Positions 1-12,273 of a stretch of DNA of 64,000 nucleotides are shown piece after piece; position 1 is the first letter of the stretch, and the number at the start of each line of letters is the position of its first letter. A program made the translations under genes and the position numbers. Source of the DNA: Eledone cirrhosa (Eukaryota); the NCBI GenBank assembly GCA_964016885.1, contig OZ024741.1, positions 309,628,001-309,692,000 on the forward strand, in the 5' to 3' direction. The notes beneath the pieces were generated by a model, which saw only the letters and a list, made by a program, of their open reading frames with translations, was not told the DNA's origin and searched no databases.

Positions 1-2195
1 GGAGGAAACCTGTAGAAGGCTTGGTTAGCCTCAAGCAGCGCACAAGGGATGGTGAGGTAGTATGTCTACCCACGGATAAGTCTGGTAGGATGTCAATAGA
101 TAGCATGCTGAACTACATCAAGGCTATGCAACCCCACATCACCAACACGAGCGAAATTGCACAACAAACACACGATGGGAGAGAGAAAATCCTCAACGCT
201 CACATGATGATGTGGACTGACATCCTAAAGCCAAGCAGACGCACTGCCAACAACTTCCAGGCGTCTAACAATGGCATACCACCCTTGTATGGGTTCCGCA
301 AAGACCACAAGACAGTCGACGACCCGACAACAGGACCACCAACAAGACCCATATGCGGAGCTAATATAGCTAGTAACTACAGGATCTCCTACTTCCTCTC
401 AATGGTTATACGCCCCATAATCAAGATGTCCCCAGATGTATGTGACAGTACAGAGGACCTCCTCAGCAGAATCAGTGAGTGCAACAAAAACAGGGACCTA
501 TCCAACTGCATAATAGGCAGCATGGATGTGGTGTCACTGTACCCATCTATTAACATTGATTTTGCTGTGAAAAGATGTGTGGAGATGATCATTGAGAGTG
601 AGGTGGAGTTCTGCGACGTCGACACAGACGAACTGGGCCTCCTACTTAGACTTACCTACGACACTGACTACCTAGACAGCCATGACCTTAGACGTTTCTG
701 CCCTAGTAGACCTATAAGAGGTAGACCCCCCACCATAACCTCAATGGCAAAAAAGACTCCCATGGGAAGGTGGATTGGGTGGACCAAAGCTATACGGACC
801 CCCCAAAACAATGATCAGGTAAGAAAAATGGTCGCACATGCAATAGGGGCTAGTATCAAAACTACCCTAAAGGGCCACATATTTAAGTTCAACGAGAAAA
901 TCTACACCCAAAATGAGGGAGCAGCCATTGGCGTCAGCATAGCTGGTGATGTTGCCAACCTTTTCATGGTATGGTGGGAAAGGAGACTTAAAGATCTCTT
1001 TAATGAGAGCTCCATAGACCTCATCATGTACTCTCGTTATGTAGACGACATCAATATAGTTATAAGAACATCCCTACTAGAGAGCACTAACAAGTTTGAT
1101 TTAGAACGTAGCACGATGGAAAGCATCCAGCAGATAGCTAATTCCATACACCAGAGTATAACTGTAACTATCGACTTCCCTTCCAAACACCCTAACAATA
1201 GACTACCTGTATTAGACACAGAACTCTGGATTAACACTATAGACGAGAGAGCCCAAATTCTCCACTCACACTATGCTAAACCCATGGCCTCCAAATACCT
1301 GATACTCAAAAACTCAGCAATGTCCAGTAGTGCTAAGTTTAATATTCTGATCGCAGATTTGGTACGAGTGATGAATAATGTGTCCCGCATGTGCGACCCA
1401 ACAGAAATGGAAAGACACATCCAACACTTCATCAACCGCATGCAGTTCTCTGGCTACAACCAAAGAGACAGAGTCAGAGTATACGAAGGAGCCATGGAGA
1501 AGTATAAGACCCTCATAGAACTGGACATGAAAGGAATTTGCCCATTATACAGGAGCAAATCATGGAATAGCTTAGATAGGGCTAGACATAAGATAGGGAA
1601 AGCCACCTCATGGTACGACAACCAGAGATACCAGAGTGTCATGTTTGTGGACGCTACCCCTGGAGGGAAATTAGCTAACCAGTGTAGAAAGGCCCTGAGA
1701 AAGACCCACTTAAAAATTAAGGTGGTAGAAAAGCCAGGAACCACCATAAAATCCCTGATCAGTAAAACCTACCCTTTTAAGAAAACCCACTGTACCAATA
1801 GGAAATGTATCATATGTAAGGTAAACCCCCGGATAAACTGTAAAACTAGAAACGTAGTCTATAGCATAAGATGTACAGAGGGTACTTGCAGAAACATGAC
1901 AACAACATACATAGGTGAGACAGCTCGTAGCATAGGTGAAAGGATAGACCAACACTGGGAGGAACTAAAAGGACGAAAAAACAGGTCAGTACTATACGCA
2001 CATGCTAGACAACAACATGACGGTAACATAGACAACATAGAAATTAGAATAATATCTAAACATAGAAATGACCCAGCAGATAGGCAAATCAGAGAGGCCA
2101 GTGAAATAGAAATTAGAAGACCAAGACTAAACAGAAAGAATGAATGGAATAACAACAACACCCAAACAAACAACACTGACCTAAGAGAAGTATAA
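1..2195 (+). CDS. Penelope-like element ORF: reverse transcriptase + GIY-YIG endonuclease (probably truncated at window start)
   Basis: RT motifs TDKSG, SMDVVSLYPSI, EGAAIG and YSRYVDD; Cys-rich linker CTNRKCIIC; GIY-YIG half-motifs NVVYSIRC and TYIGETARSIGERIDQH; REASEI..RPRLN at the C-terminus. Confidence 0.93.
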   Translation, partial: RKPVEGLVSLKQRTRDGEVVCLPTDKSGRMSIDSMLNYIKAMQPHITNTSEIAQQTHDGREKILNAHMMMWTDILKPSRRTANNFQASNNGIPPLYGFRKDHKTVDDPTTGPPTRPICGANIASNYRISYFLSMVIRPIIKMSPDVCDSTEDLLSRISECNKNRDLSNCIIGSMDVVSLYPSINIDFAVKRCVEMIIESEVEFCDVDTDELGLLLRLTYDTDYLDSHDLRRFCPSRPIRGRPPTITSMAKKTPMGRWIGWTKAIRTPQNNDQVRKMVAHAIGASIKTTLKGHIFKFNEKIYTQNEGAAIGVSIAGDVANLFMVWWERRLKDLFNESSIDLIMYSRYVDDINIVIRTSLLESTNKFDLERSTMESIQQIANSIHQSITVTIDFPSKHPNNRLPVLDTELWINTIDERAQILHSHYAKPMASKYLILKNSAMSSSAKFNILIADLVRVMNNVSRMCDPTEMERHIQHFINRMQFSGYNQRDRVRVYEGAMEKYKTLIELDMKGICPLYRSKSWNSLDRARHKIGKATSWYDNQRYQSVMFVDATPGGKLANQCRKALRKTHLKIKVVEKPGTTIKSLISKTYPFKKTHCTNRKCIICKVNPRINCKTRNVVYSIRCTEGTCRNMTTTYIGETARSIGERIDQHWEELKGRKNRSVLYAHARQQHDGNIDNIEIRIISKHRNDPADRQIREASEIEIRRPRLNRKNEWNNNNTQTNNTDLREV

Positions 2196-2676
2196 ATAAG
2201 TAAATAAAATAAATAAATAATAAATACATACACAAGCACAATAACAACAAGCACATAAACACACACTAGTCACCCATCACACAGCAAACAAAACACTATA
2301 CACACACGCAAACGCATGCGCAAAGAAGACAAAATAAAATAAACAAACAAGCAAATAAATAAATAAATATATAGACAGACTGAATAAAAATGGCGTAGAC
2401 ATACAATACAACAGGAGGAAAATATAGCACCACTGACGATGTTGCAGATGTGCAACGAAAGATTTATGATAAACTATATATATGTGTTTGTGTCTATATT
2501 GTATCTGTATTATTTTTTACCGTCGGTCAGTCAATGGCAACATTGAGGACCGAGTAAGTTAGATTACCGATATAAAAGACACAGAAGCGAGAAGCGAAAA
2601 CCAACCAAACAGTGAGTGTGTTCTGTTATTAATTCTGGCAATATTACACAAATATGACCCTCCCCAAGTATAACAA
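2196..2676 (+). mobile_element. 3' UTR/pseudo-LTR of the Penelope element
   Basis: AC-rich tract directly after the ORF stop, containing a hammerhead-like core and ending at a (TA)n run. Confidence 0.6.
2421..2500 (+). ncRNA. Hammerhead ribozyme-like motif (type I, imperfect stem I)
   Basis: CTGACGA(2433)-t-GTTGCA-gatg-TGCAAC-GAAA(2457), followed by a possible stem III ending in a CTA triplet; stem I pairing is weak. Confidence 0.5.
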
Positions 2677-3161
2677 TATATATATATATATATATATATA
2701 CAATCCTTACTGAGCCCTCTTTGGATTTACGGGGAAATAATAGTACAAATCTCGCTGCATAGATTCACTACAACCTGACTATGATTCATACCAACATGGA
2801 AAATAGACATTAAACAGTGATGATGAAGATGATGATACTATATCCCTACTAATACACTAATATATTCATTTATAATTTGAAATATAATATAAGCTATATC
2901 TTTTTTTGATAAACATATATTTTTTTAATCATTGTGTAATAGTCCTAAAGTGGTTACACCACATGTTTTAGCTCTGTAGGCAGATTTTAGTCTGCTTAGA
3001 ACTTCAGCAAAGAATGAATACCAATTTTTCTGTCAACAAAGACATTAGTAGTTTATAACTATTATAGTTTATAGCAGGAGAAACAGATGACAAACAAGGA
3101 CACAGCTAAATTAGTCCATCTAATTTGCATGATAATTATACTGACAAAGTTAATTAATTAA

Positions 3162-3605
3162 GTAACCCTTTTAATACCAAACTGCCTGAAACCATCCTTG
3201 CTTTTATGATACAAATCTGTTTATTTTAACCACATTTCTAATACACTCTATTTTAATTAATTAATGAAGAATTTTGAGAGATTTACTAAAATTATTAGTT
3301 ATTTCATTACTAAGATAGTAACTTCTTATATAAAATTATGTTGGAAGATTTTAATTTAAATTGGAAACTTTTAAAATAAGTGGTTTTATTTCATGGAACC
3401 AGAGCCAGTTTTGGCTGTTTATATTTATCTAAAAACCTTCCATTATAATTTTATTAAGAAACATTTAAGGGTAAGTTCCAAACACCAGCTTAATATTGAA
3501 AAAGTTAGTTATATCACTGAATTCTTTCAAATTCTTGATTATTTACAAAATATTAAGAAATCATAGCAGTGTCGTTTATTAGAAATATGTTAATGAATGG
3601 GTTAA
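3162..3605. mobile_element. piggyBac-like MITE with a nested opposite-orientation fragment of a related MITE
   Basis: Ends gtaaCCCTTT...GGGttaa; similar, in reverse orientation, to the copy at 37137-37372. Confidence 0.6.
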
Positions 3606-3631
3606 TAATGTGCAACAATGAATGGCTTAAT

Positions 3632-3800
3632 AATTGTTTCTACTTTTGGCACAAGGCCAGCACAAACCAGTGCATTACTGGTACTTTATTTTATCGACCC
3701 CGTAAGGATGAAAGGCAAAGTTAACCTCGGCGTAAAGGGCCATAACTCTATGCTGACAAGCATGGCGTCCGACACTCTACCGATACTGCCAATCCACCAT
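3632..3800 (-). mobile_element. tRNA-derived SINE (family A, Meta-domain-like)
   Basis: Reverse complement of the copy at 19390, including the CTTTGCCTTTCATCCTTACGGGGTCGATAAAATAAAGTACCAG core. Confidence 0.85.
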
Positions 3801-6800
3801 GCACAACAATAAATGGGTTAATAATACACAATAAATAGGTTAATAATACACAACAATGAATGGGTTAATAATACACAACAATGAATGGGTTAATAATACA
3901 CAACAATGAATGGGTTAATAATACACAACAATGAATGGGTTAATAATACACAACAATAAATGGGTTAATAATACACAACAATGAATGGGTTAATAATACA
4001 CAACAATGAATGGGTTAATAATACACAACAATGAATGGGTTAATAATACACAACAATGAATGGGTTAATACTACACAACAATTAATGGGTTAATACACAA
4101 CAATGAATGGGTTAATAATACACAACAATGAATGGGTTAATAATACACAACAATAAATGGCTTAATAATACACAACAATGAATGGGTTAATAATACATAA
4201 TAATTAATGGGTTAATAATACACAGCAATTAATGGGTTAATAATACACAACAATTAATGGGTTAATAATACACAACAATGAATGGGTTAATAGTACATAA
4301 TAATTAATGGGTTAATAATATACAACAATGAATGGGTTAATAATACACAACAATGAATGTGTTAATAATACACAACAATAAATGGGTTAATAATACACAA
4401 CAATGAATGGGATAATAATACACAACAATTAATGGGTTAATAATACACAACAATGAATGGATTAATAATACACAACAATAAATGGGTTAATAATACACAA
4501 CAATGAATGGGTTAATAATACATTATAATTAATGGGTTAATAATACACAGCAATTAATGGGTTAATAATACACAACAATTAATTGGTTAATAATACACAA
4601 CAATGAATCGGTTAATAGTACATAATAATTAATGGGTTAATAATACACAACAATTAATGGGTTAATAATATACAACAATGAATGGGTTAATAATACACAA
4701 CAATGAATGTGTTAATAATACACAACAATGAATGGGATAATAATACACAACAATTAATGGGTTAATAATACACAACAATGAATGGATTAATAATACACAA
4801 CAATGAATGGGTTAATAATACACAACAATGAATGGGTTAATAATACATTATAATTAATGGGTTAATAATACACAGCAATTAATGGGTTAATAATACACAA
4901 CAATTAATTGGTTAATAATACACAACAATGAATGGGTTAATAGTACATAATAATTAATGGGTTAATAATACACAACAATTAATGGGTTAATAATATACAA
5001 CAATGAATGGGTTAATAATACACAACAATGAATGTGTTAATAATACACAACAATAAATGGGTTAATAATACACAACAATGAATGGGATAATAATACACAA
5101 CAATTAATGGGTTAATAATACACAATGGATGGATTAATAATACACAACAATAAATGGGTTAATAATACACAACAATAAATGGGTTAATAATATACAACAA
5201 TAAATGGGTAAATAATAGACAATGATAAATGGGTTAATAATACACAACAATAAATGGGTTAATAATACACAACAATAAATGGGTTAATAATACACAACAA
5301 TAAATGGGTTAATAATACACAACAATGAATGGGTTAATAATACACAACAATAAATGGGTTAATAATACACAACAATAAATGGGTTAATAATACACAACAA
5401 TAAATGGGCTAATAATACACAATAATTAATGGTTTAATAATACACAACAATGAATGTGTTAATAATACACAACAATGAATGGGATAATAATACACAACAA
5501 TTAATGGGTTAATAATACACAACAATGAATGGATTAATAATACACAACAATAAATGGGTTAATAATACACAACAATGAATGGGTTAATAATACATTATAA
5601 TTAATGGGTTAATAATACACATCAATTAATGGGTTAATAATACACAACAATTAATTGGTTAATAATACACAACAATGAATGGGTTAATAGTACATAATAA
5701 TTAATGGGTTAATAATACACAACAATTAATGGGTTAATAATACACAACAATAAATGGGTTAATAATACACAACAATGAATGGGTTAATAATACACAACAA
5801 TAAATGGGTTAATAATACACAACAATAAATGGGTTAATAATACACAACAATAAATGGGTTAATAATACACAACAATGAATGGGTTAATAATACACAACAA
5901 TAAATGGGTTAATAATACACAACAATAAATGGGTTAATAATACACAACAATAAATGGGCTAATAATACACAATAATTAATGGTTTAATAATACACAACAA
6001 TAAATGGGTTAATAATACACAACAATGAATGGGTTAATAATACACAACAATAAATGGGTTAATAATACACAACAATAAATGGGTTAATAATACACAACAA
6101 TAAATGGGCTAATAATACACAATAATTAATGGTTTAATAATACACAACAATGAATGTGTTAATAATACACAACAATGAATGGGATAATAATACATAACAA
6201 TTAATGGGTTAATAATACACAACAATGAATGGATTAATAATACACAACAATAAATGGGTTAATAATACACAACAATGAATGGGTTAATAATACATTATAA
6301 TTAATGGGTTAATAATACACATCAATTAATGGGTTAATAATACACAACAATTAATTGGTTAATAATACACAACAATGAATGGGTTAATAGTACATAATAA
6401 TTAATGGGTTAATAATACACAACAATTAATGGGTTAATAATACACAACAATAAATGGGTTAATAATACACAACAATGAATGGGTTAATAATACACAACAA
6501 TAAATGGGTTAATAATACACAACAATAAATGGGTTAATAATACACAACAATAAATGGGTTAATAATACACAACAATGAATGGGTTAATAATACACAACAA
6601 TAAATGGATTAATAATACACAACAATAAATGGGTTAATAATACACAACAATAAATGGGCTAATAATACACAATAATTAATGGTTTAATAATACACAACAA
6701 TGAATGTGTTAATAATACACAACAATGAATGGGATAATAATACACAACAATTAATGGGTTAATAATACACAACAATGAATGGATTAATAATACACAACAA

Positions 6801-7622
6801 TAAATGGGTTAATAATACACAACAATGAATGGGTTAATAATACATTATAATTAATGGGTTAATAATACACATCAATTAATGGGTTAATAATACACAACAA
6901 TTAATTGGTTAATAATACACAACAATGAATGGGTTAATAGTACATAATAATTAATGGGTTAATAATACACAACAATTAATGGGTTAATAATATACAACAA
7001 TGAATGGGTTAATAATACACAACAATGAATGTGTTAATAATACACAACAATAAATGGGGTAATAATACACAACAATGAATGGGATAACAATACACAACAA
7101 TTAATGGGTTAATAATACACAACAATGGATGGATTAATAATACACAACAATAAATGGGTTAATAATACACAACAATAAATGGGTTAATAATACACAACAA
7201 TAAATGGGTTAATAATACACAACAATGAATGGGTTAATAATACACAACAATTAATGGGTTAATAATACACAACAATAAATGGGTTAATAATACACAACAA
7301 TAAATGGGCTAATAATACACAATAATTAATGGTTTAATAATACACAACAATAAATGGGTTAATAATACACAACAATGAATGGGTTAATAATACACAACAA
7401 TAAATGGGTTAATAATACACAACAATAAATGGGTTAATAATACACAACAATAAATGGGCTAATAATACACAATAATTAATGGTTTAATAATACACAACAA
7501 TAAATGGGTTAATAATACACAACAATGAATGGGTTAATAATACACAACAATTAATGGGTTAATAATACACAACAATAAAAGGGCTAATAATACACAATAA
7601 TTAATGGGTTAATAATACACAA
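3800..7622. repeat. 25-bp tandem satellite (AATGGGTTAATAATACACAACAATD), roughly 150 copies
   Basis: Directly visible tandem array with recurring variant monomers. Confidence 0.97.
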
Positions 7623-7664
7623 TTGCATAGAATTAAAAATCATTCATTTTTATATATTTTTCAG

Positions 7665-7694
7665 TCAGATGTTCTATATACAACACTTAACGAG
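7665..7694 (+). CDS. ERMARD: ERMARD-like exon (SDVLYTTLNE)
   Basis: ttttcag acceptor and GAG|GTAAGT donor; 30 bp, phase 0/0; resembles vertebrate STALYTTFDQ (from memory). Confidence 0.8.
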
Positions 7695-8764
7695 GTAAGT
7701 GATCATTAATTAACTCTGTCTTAATTCCTTCACTGAATCTTTACCCTCTTCACTCTTTATCATATTTTACACTGAATGAGGTAATAATAAGGGATTTTAA
7801 TTTAGGCACGAGACCAGCAATTTGGGGGATGAGGAAGTTAATTATATGCTTCACTGGTACTAGACAAGAGTTTACTCTAAATATTCTAAATAAATTGTAA
7901 AATAACAGTAAATATTAAATGTTTAACCTTTAATTAATGAAGAATGGTGGGATATACTAAAATTATTAATTATTTCATTATTAATATAGTTTGTTTTTTT
8001 TAACATAACTTAAAGGCAGATCTGCCAACCTCTAAAAACCCAAATGGGGAGTACCTTGAAAAGAGTGCCCCAAAATGGGAAGAAATGAGACAAAATGGGG
8101 AGATGTTACATAATGAAAGCTATAGCCATTTTCACAAGAGAAGACATCTCTGACCTACCCCAAAGTGGGTGGGAGTTTTCCCCATTGGATGGGTATTTTT
8201 ATATAAAATTATGTTAGTATATCTAAATTTAAATAGGAATCCTTTAAAATGGGTGGTTTTATTTATAGTGCCGGAGGCAGTTTTGAGCAGGTTGGTATCA
8301 AAAAGATTAAATTTCTGAGATGAGTTGCTTTAAAAAAAATTGTTGTGTTTACTGTTCAGTCAGGGAGAGAAGGACAATGCCCATTACCCTTTTCAGGTCC
8401 TTTAAGACTAGTAAGAAGGAAGAAAATATCCTCAAACTTGAGACTTGGCTCAAATGCTTACAATAGAGGCTCAGGTGGTGATGTTAAACTGAGTGGCTTA
8501 TTTACACTGCCACCCAAGTTGATCACAGCAACATTTGAACTCAGAACACAGAGAGCTGGAATAAATACTGCAAAACATCTCATCTGACAATCTAACAATT
8601 CTGTTAGATCCACCACCTTGGACTGGTATATTGTACTATTCACAAACTAATGAAATGCAAAGTTAACCTTGATAGAATTTGAACTCAAGAGTGCAAGGCA
8701 ATCTATCCTACAATGTAACAACCCCACCAATAATAGGAAATAGTTCTGATACAGGGTATATTTA

Positions 8765-8950
8765 CTGTGGTGCTGAAAAGTTCCTGGCTTAAGGGTTTTG
8801 TGAAAGGGTAAAACTATATCTTTACAGGGGAGGTAGGACCACTGCAATAAGTGTGTGAATCTGAGAGAGGAATATATTGAATAAAATCATAATTAACTGA
8901 TCCTCCTGTATTTTCTCTTACCCAAAGCCAGGAACTTTTCAACACCCCAG
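8765..8950. mobile_element. Mariner-derived MITE
   Basis: TIRs CTGTGGTGCTGAAAAGTTCCTGGCTT / AAGCCAGGAACTTTTCAACACCCCAG with TA flanks; internal remnant reads KCVNLREEYIE*. Confidence 0.8.
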
Positions 8951-9020
8951 TATATACAGTGTACTTTTGTCTTGTATTTTTTGTGTGCTTTTTATTTCTT
9001 GTTTTTTTTTTTACTTTTAG

Positions 9021-9089
9021 ATTCTTTCAAAATATTTGTCTGATGAAGAAGAGAATTATCTGAAACATGTTTTGGACTCAACGCTGATG
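9021..9089 (+). CDS. ERMARD: ERMARD-like exon (ILSKYLSDEEENYLKHVLDSTLM)
   Basis: Long polypyrimidine tract + ttttag acceptor and ATG|GTAATT donor; 69 bp, phase 0/0; corresponds to the [23 protein letters not shown] segment. Confidence 0.85.
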
Positions 9090-9103
9090 GTAATTATTAT
9101 TAT

Positions 9104-11908
9104 TGTTCTTTGAGTCTCAGTCATTGATGTTATTTAACTGGAAAGTTTGTTGAAATGAATATCAAGCCGCTACCTGCAGCCTCGGATATTCAGGACGTAT
9201 CGGAGGGTTCTTGCTGTTCCAGCAAGCATGTGTTCCAAAAAGCGGGGCTGGACTAATTTTCTTTAACCATCCTTGGAAACTCTTTGAGATAGTACCTAGT
9301 GCGCCTATGACAATCGGGACGACTCTGACTTCATGGTAGTTCCAAATCCTTTTTACCTCCCACTTTAAGTCCTGGTATCGGTTAATTTTCTCCCTCTCCT
9401 TTTCTTGCACTCTCGTGTCAAATGGGCAGGCCACATCCACAATCAGGCACGATCTTTTTTCCTTGTCCAAAACCACCAGGTCAGACCTATTGTGTTCCAG
9501 TTTCTTGTCTGTCTGTATCCTAAAATCCCATAGCACCTTCACCTGATCGTTTTCTATCACCAACTCTGGCTTATGCTCATACCACTTCTCAGAATGTGGT
9601 AAATTGTTTACTTTGCATAGGTGCTAGTGGATCACCCTGCCCATCACATCATGTCTCCAGCCTTTATAGTGAGTCTGGGCTAGGTGTTTACACTTGGATA
9701 CAATGTGAGCCACAGTCACCTCTCTCTCTCCACAGATCCTACACAGTGGGTTAGCTTCCTCCTTGTAAATATGGTGTTTCACCCACTTCGTTCTGAGGGC
9801 CTGCTTTTGCGCAGCCATTAGCATTCCTTCTGTAGCCTTTTTAAGGTCTCCTCTTTTTAACCAGTTCCATGTCTGAAATTCAGTTTTCTTAAAGAAGGTA
9901 CTATGAAGGGATTTTTCATGAAGGTTGCTCTTCCTCTTTGTTGTTATTTCCTCCTTGGACATCCCCTGGTCTATTGTCCTCTCCTTCAGTACAATTCTGA
10001 GCATTGGCTCCCTACTGTCAGTCACATATTTGTGCAGGTTGTTTTTCTCCATCTGAATACAGTCCTCTATGCTGATAAGACCTCTTCCACCTTCAGATCT
10101 CTTTAAGTAGAGTCTATCGACGTCACTCCTCTTGTGGAACATGTTGTAGATAGTCAATAGCTTCCTAGTCTTCCTATCCATTTCATTTTGTTTAGCAACA
10201 TTCCATTTCAGAATTCCCGCACTGTACCTAATAATAGACACAGCTCGGGAATTCACTGCACTTATGACATTCCTACTATTTAGATGTGATTTTAATACGC
10301 TCCTTACTCTCCTAATGTACTCAGATCTTATCGATTCCTTCATTTTTTTGTTCTTGATGTCATCTGCCTCCAGAACACCTAAATATTTGTATCCTTTTTC
10401 AGTGTCAATTTCCTTTATCACATCACCTGTTGGTACCTGGATTCCGTTGCTTCTGCTCAATTTACCCCTCTTCATCACTAGGACTCCACACTTATTAATA
10501 CCAAATTGCATACATATATCATTGCTGAAAATACTGACAGTGTCAACAAGTACATCCAACTCCTTCTCACTCTTCCCAAAGAGTTTAAGATCATCCATGA
10601 AGAGGAGGTGGTTGATGGTAAGCTCTCCTTTTCCCAACTTGTATCCTGCTCTCACTTTTCGCAGTATAATGATCAGGGGTATCAGGGCAAACAGCAGGGG
10701 GGACAAACTATCTCCCTGGAAGATACCTCTCTTGATCTTCACGCCTCCCAAGGATTCTCCACCTGATGTTAACTCCGTTTCCCAGGTCCTCAAACTTTTG
10801 CTCAACATCTGTCTGATGTTATCTGCCTCAGGGATCAAGTCGTTGCTTCTTTCTTCCCTTCAAGCTGTCCAAACAACATCTTCTGGTTGTTGTCAAACAT
10901 GTGGTTTTGTCTATACTGACTGACTCTGCTTTCATACCGCCTAATCTTTGCACTCTTTGCTACAATGCATTGCTTCAGTTCCTCTATGATGATATTTAGC
11001 TTTTTCCTCATAGTTTTATACTTTATTTCCAGTCTATTTTTAGTGTCTATGTTTTGTAGTGTCCCATTCAGTAGGGACTCAATCTTTCCAATGTCATTTC
11101 TCATTTCCCTGATTTGACCATTCAGTCGTTTCTTCCACCAAGGTTCTGATCTTTCTTGTTTGTCGTTTTTATGCCAAGTAATTTCTTCACCGCATTTGCT
11201 GTTGCTTTGAGGATATTGTTGCATTGGTGAAGGTTCCTCGCCTCAAGGTATGGGATGACTTTGTTTACCTTAGCTGTTGTTTCTTTTAACTTTTTCCTGT
11301 CTACAAATCTTAGGTTCATAGGTTTCCCACTATCATTGTTCATTTCATCTACCACTAAGTTTAGGATATCAACCAAATCTTGTCCTAGCCCGTCAGCATT
11401 CATTTCCTCAATGGCCGTATCTTTGTTCCAGATGTTATTTATTTCAGCATTCAGATCATTGTCTGCTTCGGATGCTTCCTCTGTTCTCTCAACCTCTTCA
11501 CTTTCATTTCCCACTGGCTCGTTTGTCTGGCATACTCCACTCTCCATTTCCAACCTAATCTCTCTGCTCAGTTCCTCTAGTTCCAGCTCGCTTATCCACC
11601 CATTAGTTCTTATTACCCGAGCCTGCCCGGCAAATTTTTGTTCACCTAATTTAAATAGACCAATCTCGTTCCAGATGCTATGCATCCGTTTCCTATAGCC
11701 TTTTTCCTTGGGGTTACCCTTCAGGTAACATTCCATGACAGTTCTATTCAATTCTTTCGTCCAGTTGGTTCTTGTCCCTTTCCTTCTTCCTTCAACACCA
11801 GCAGTATTTGGATGATAGCCAGGTCCATGCTGCTGGACCAGGGGGCACTTGCTGGGTGAGAGTCTGTCACATGACGTTCCAGTTTCCTCTTCACTATTAT
11901 TCGAACTG

Positions 11909-11910
<2 letters not shown>
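9104..11910 (-). mobile_element. R4/Dong-type non-LTR retrotransposon (RT + CCHC + restriction-like endonuclease), frameshifted
   Basis: Motifs WTKELNRTVMECY (N-terminal), GIFQGDSLSPLLF, HLLFMDD, CRICGEREVTVAHIVSKC and RSDLVVLDK..IVDVACPFD..EKINRY; flanked by (TTA)n on both sides. Confidence 0.88.
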
Positions 11911-11947
<37 letters not shown>

Positions 11948-11951
11948 GAAT

Positions 11952-12103
11952 GCAATGGGCCAACATAGAGTTATGTCCCTTTACGTTCAAATCCTGCCGA
12001 GGTTAACTTTGCCTTTCATCCTTACGGGGTTGATAAAATAAGCACCGTTAATGCACTAGGGTAATTGCTGGCCTTGTGCCAAAAGTAGAAACAATTATTA
12101 TTA
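11952..12103 (+). mobile_element. SINE family A, 5'-truncated
   Basis: GTTCAAATCC B box, shared core and GTAGAAACAATTATT tail. Confidence 0.8.
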
Positions 12104-12273
12104 TAATCATAGTCTTACTAGCAGAAAATACATCCTTAGGGTGGTTTTCTGCTAGCATGTGTGTTGTGCATATTTATATTATATGCAAATATACATGAAT
12201 GTAGATATATGTCAAATAAAATCGTTGAAGAGAGACTATGTTACACTCTCTTCTGTAATAGTAAAGTAATCTA

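Noticed and set aside
389-2455. Antisense ORFs over the Penelope element (and similar ones over other LINEs)
   Set aside because: These are shadow ORFs of coding sequence on the opposite strand.
3800-7622. CRISPR array or interstitial telomere (GGGTTA in each unit)
   Set aside because: There are no unique spacers, the context is eukaryotic, and each 25-mer has only one hexamer, which the MITE end plus TTAA explains.
9040-9075. Hammerhead-like CTGATGA...GAAAC
   Set aside because: It lies within the ERMARD exon (SDEEENYLKH codons), and stems I and III do not form properly.
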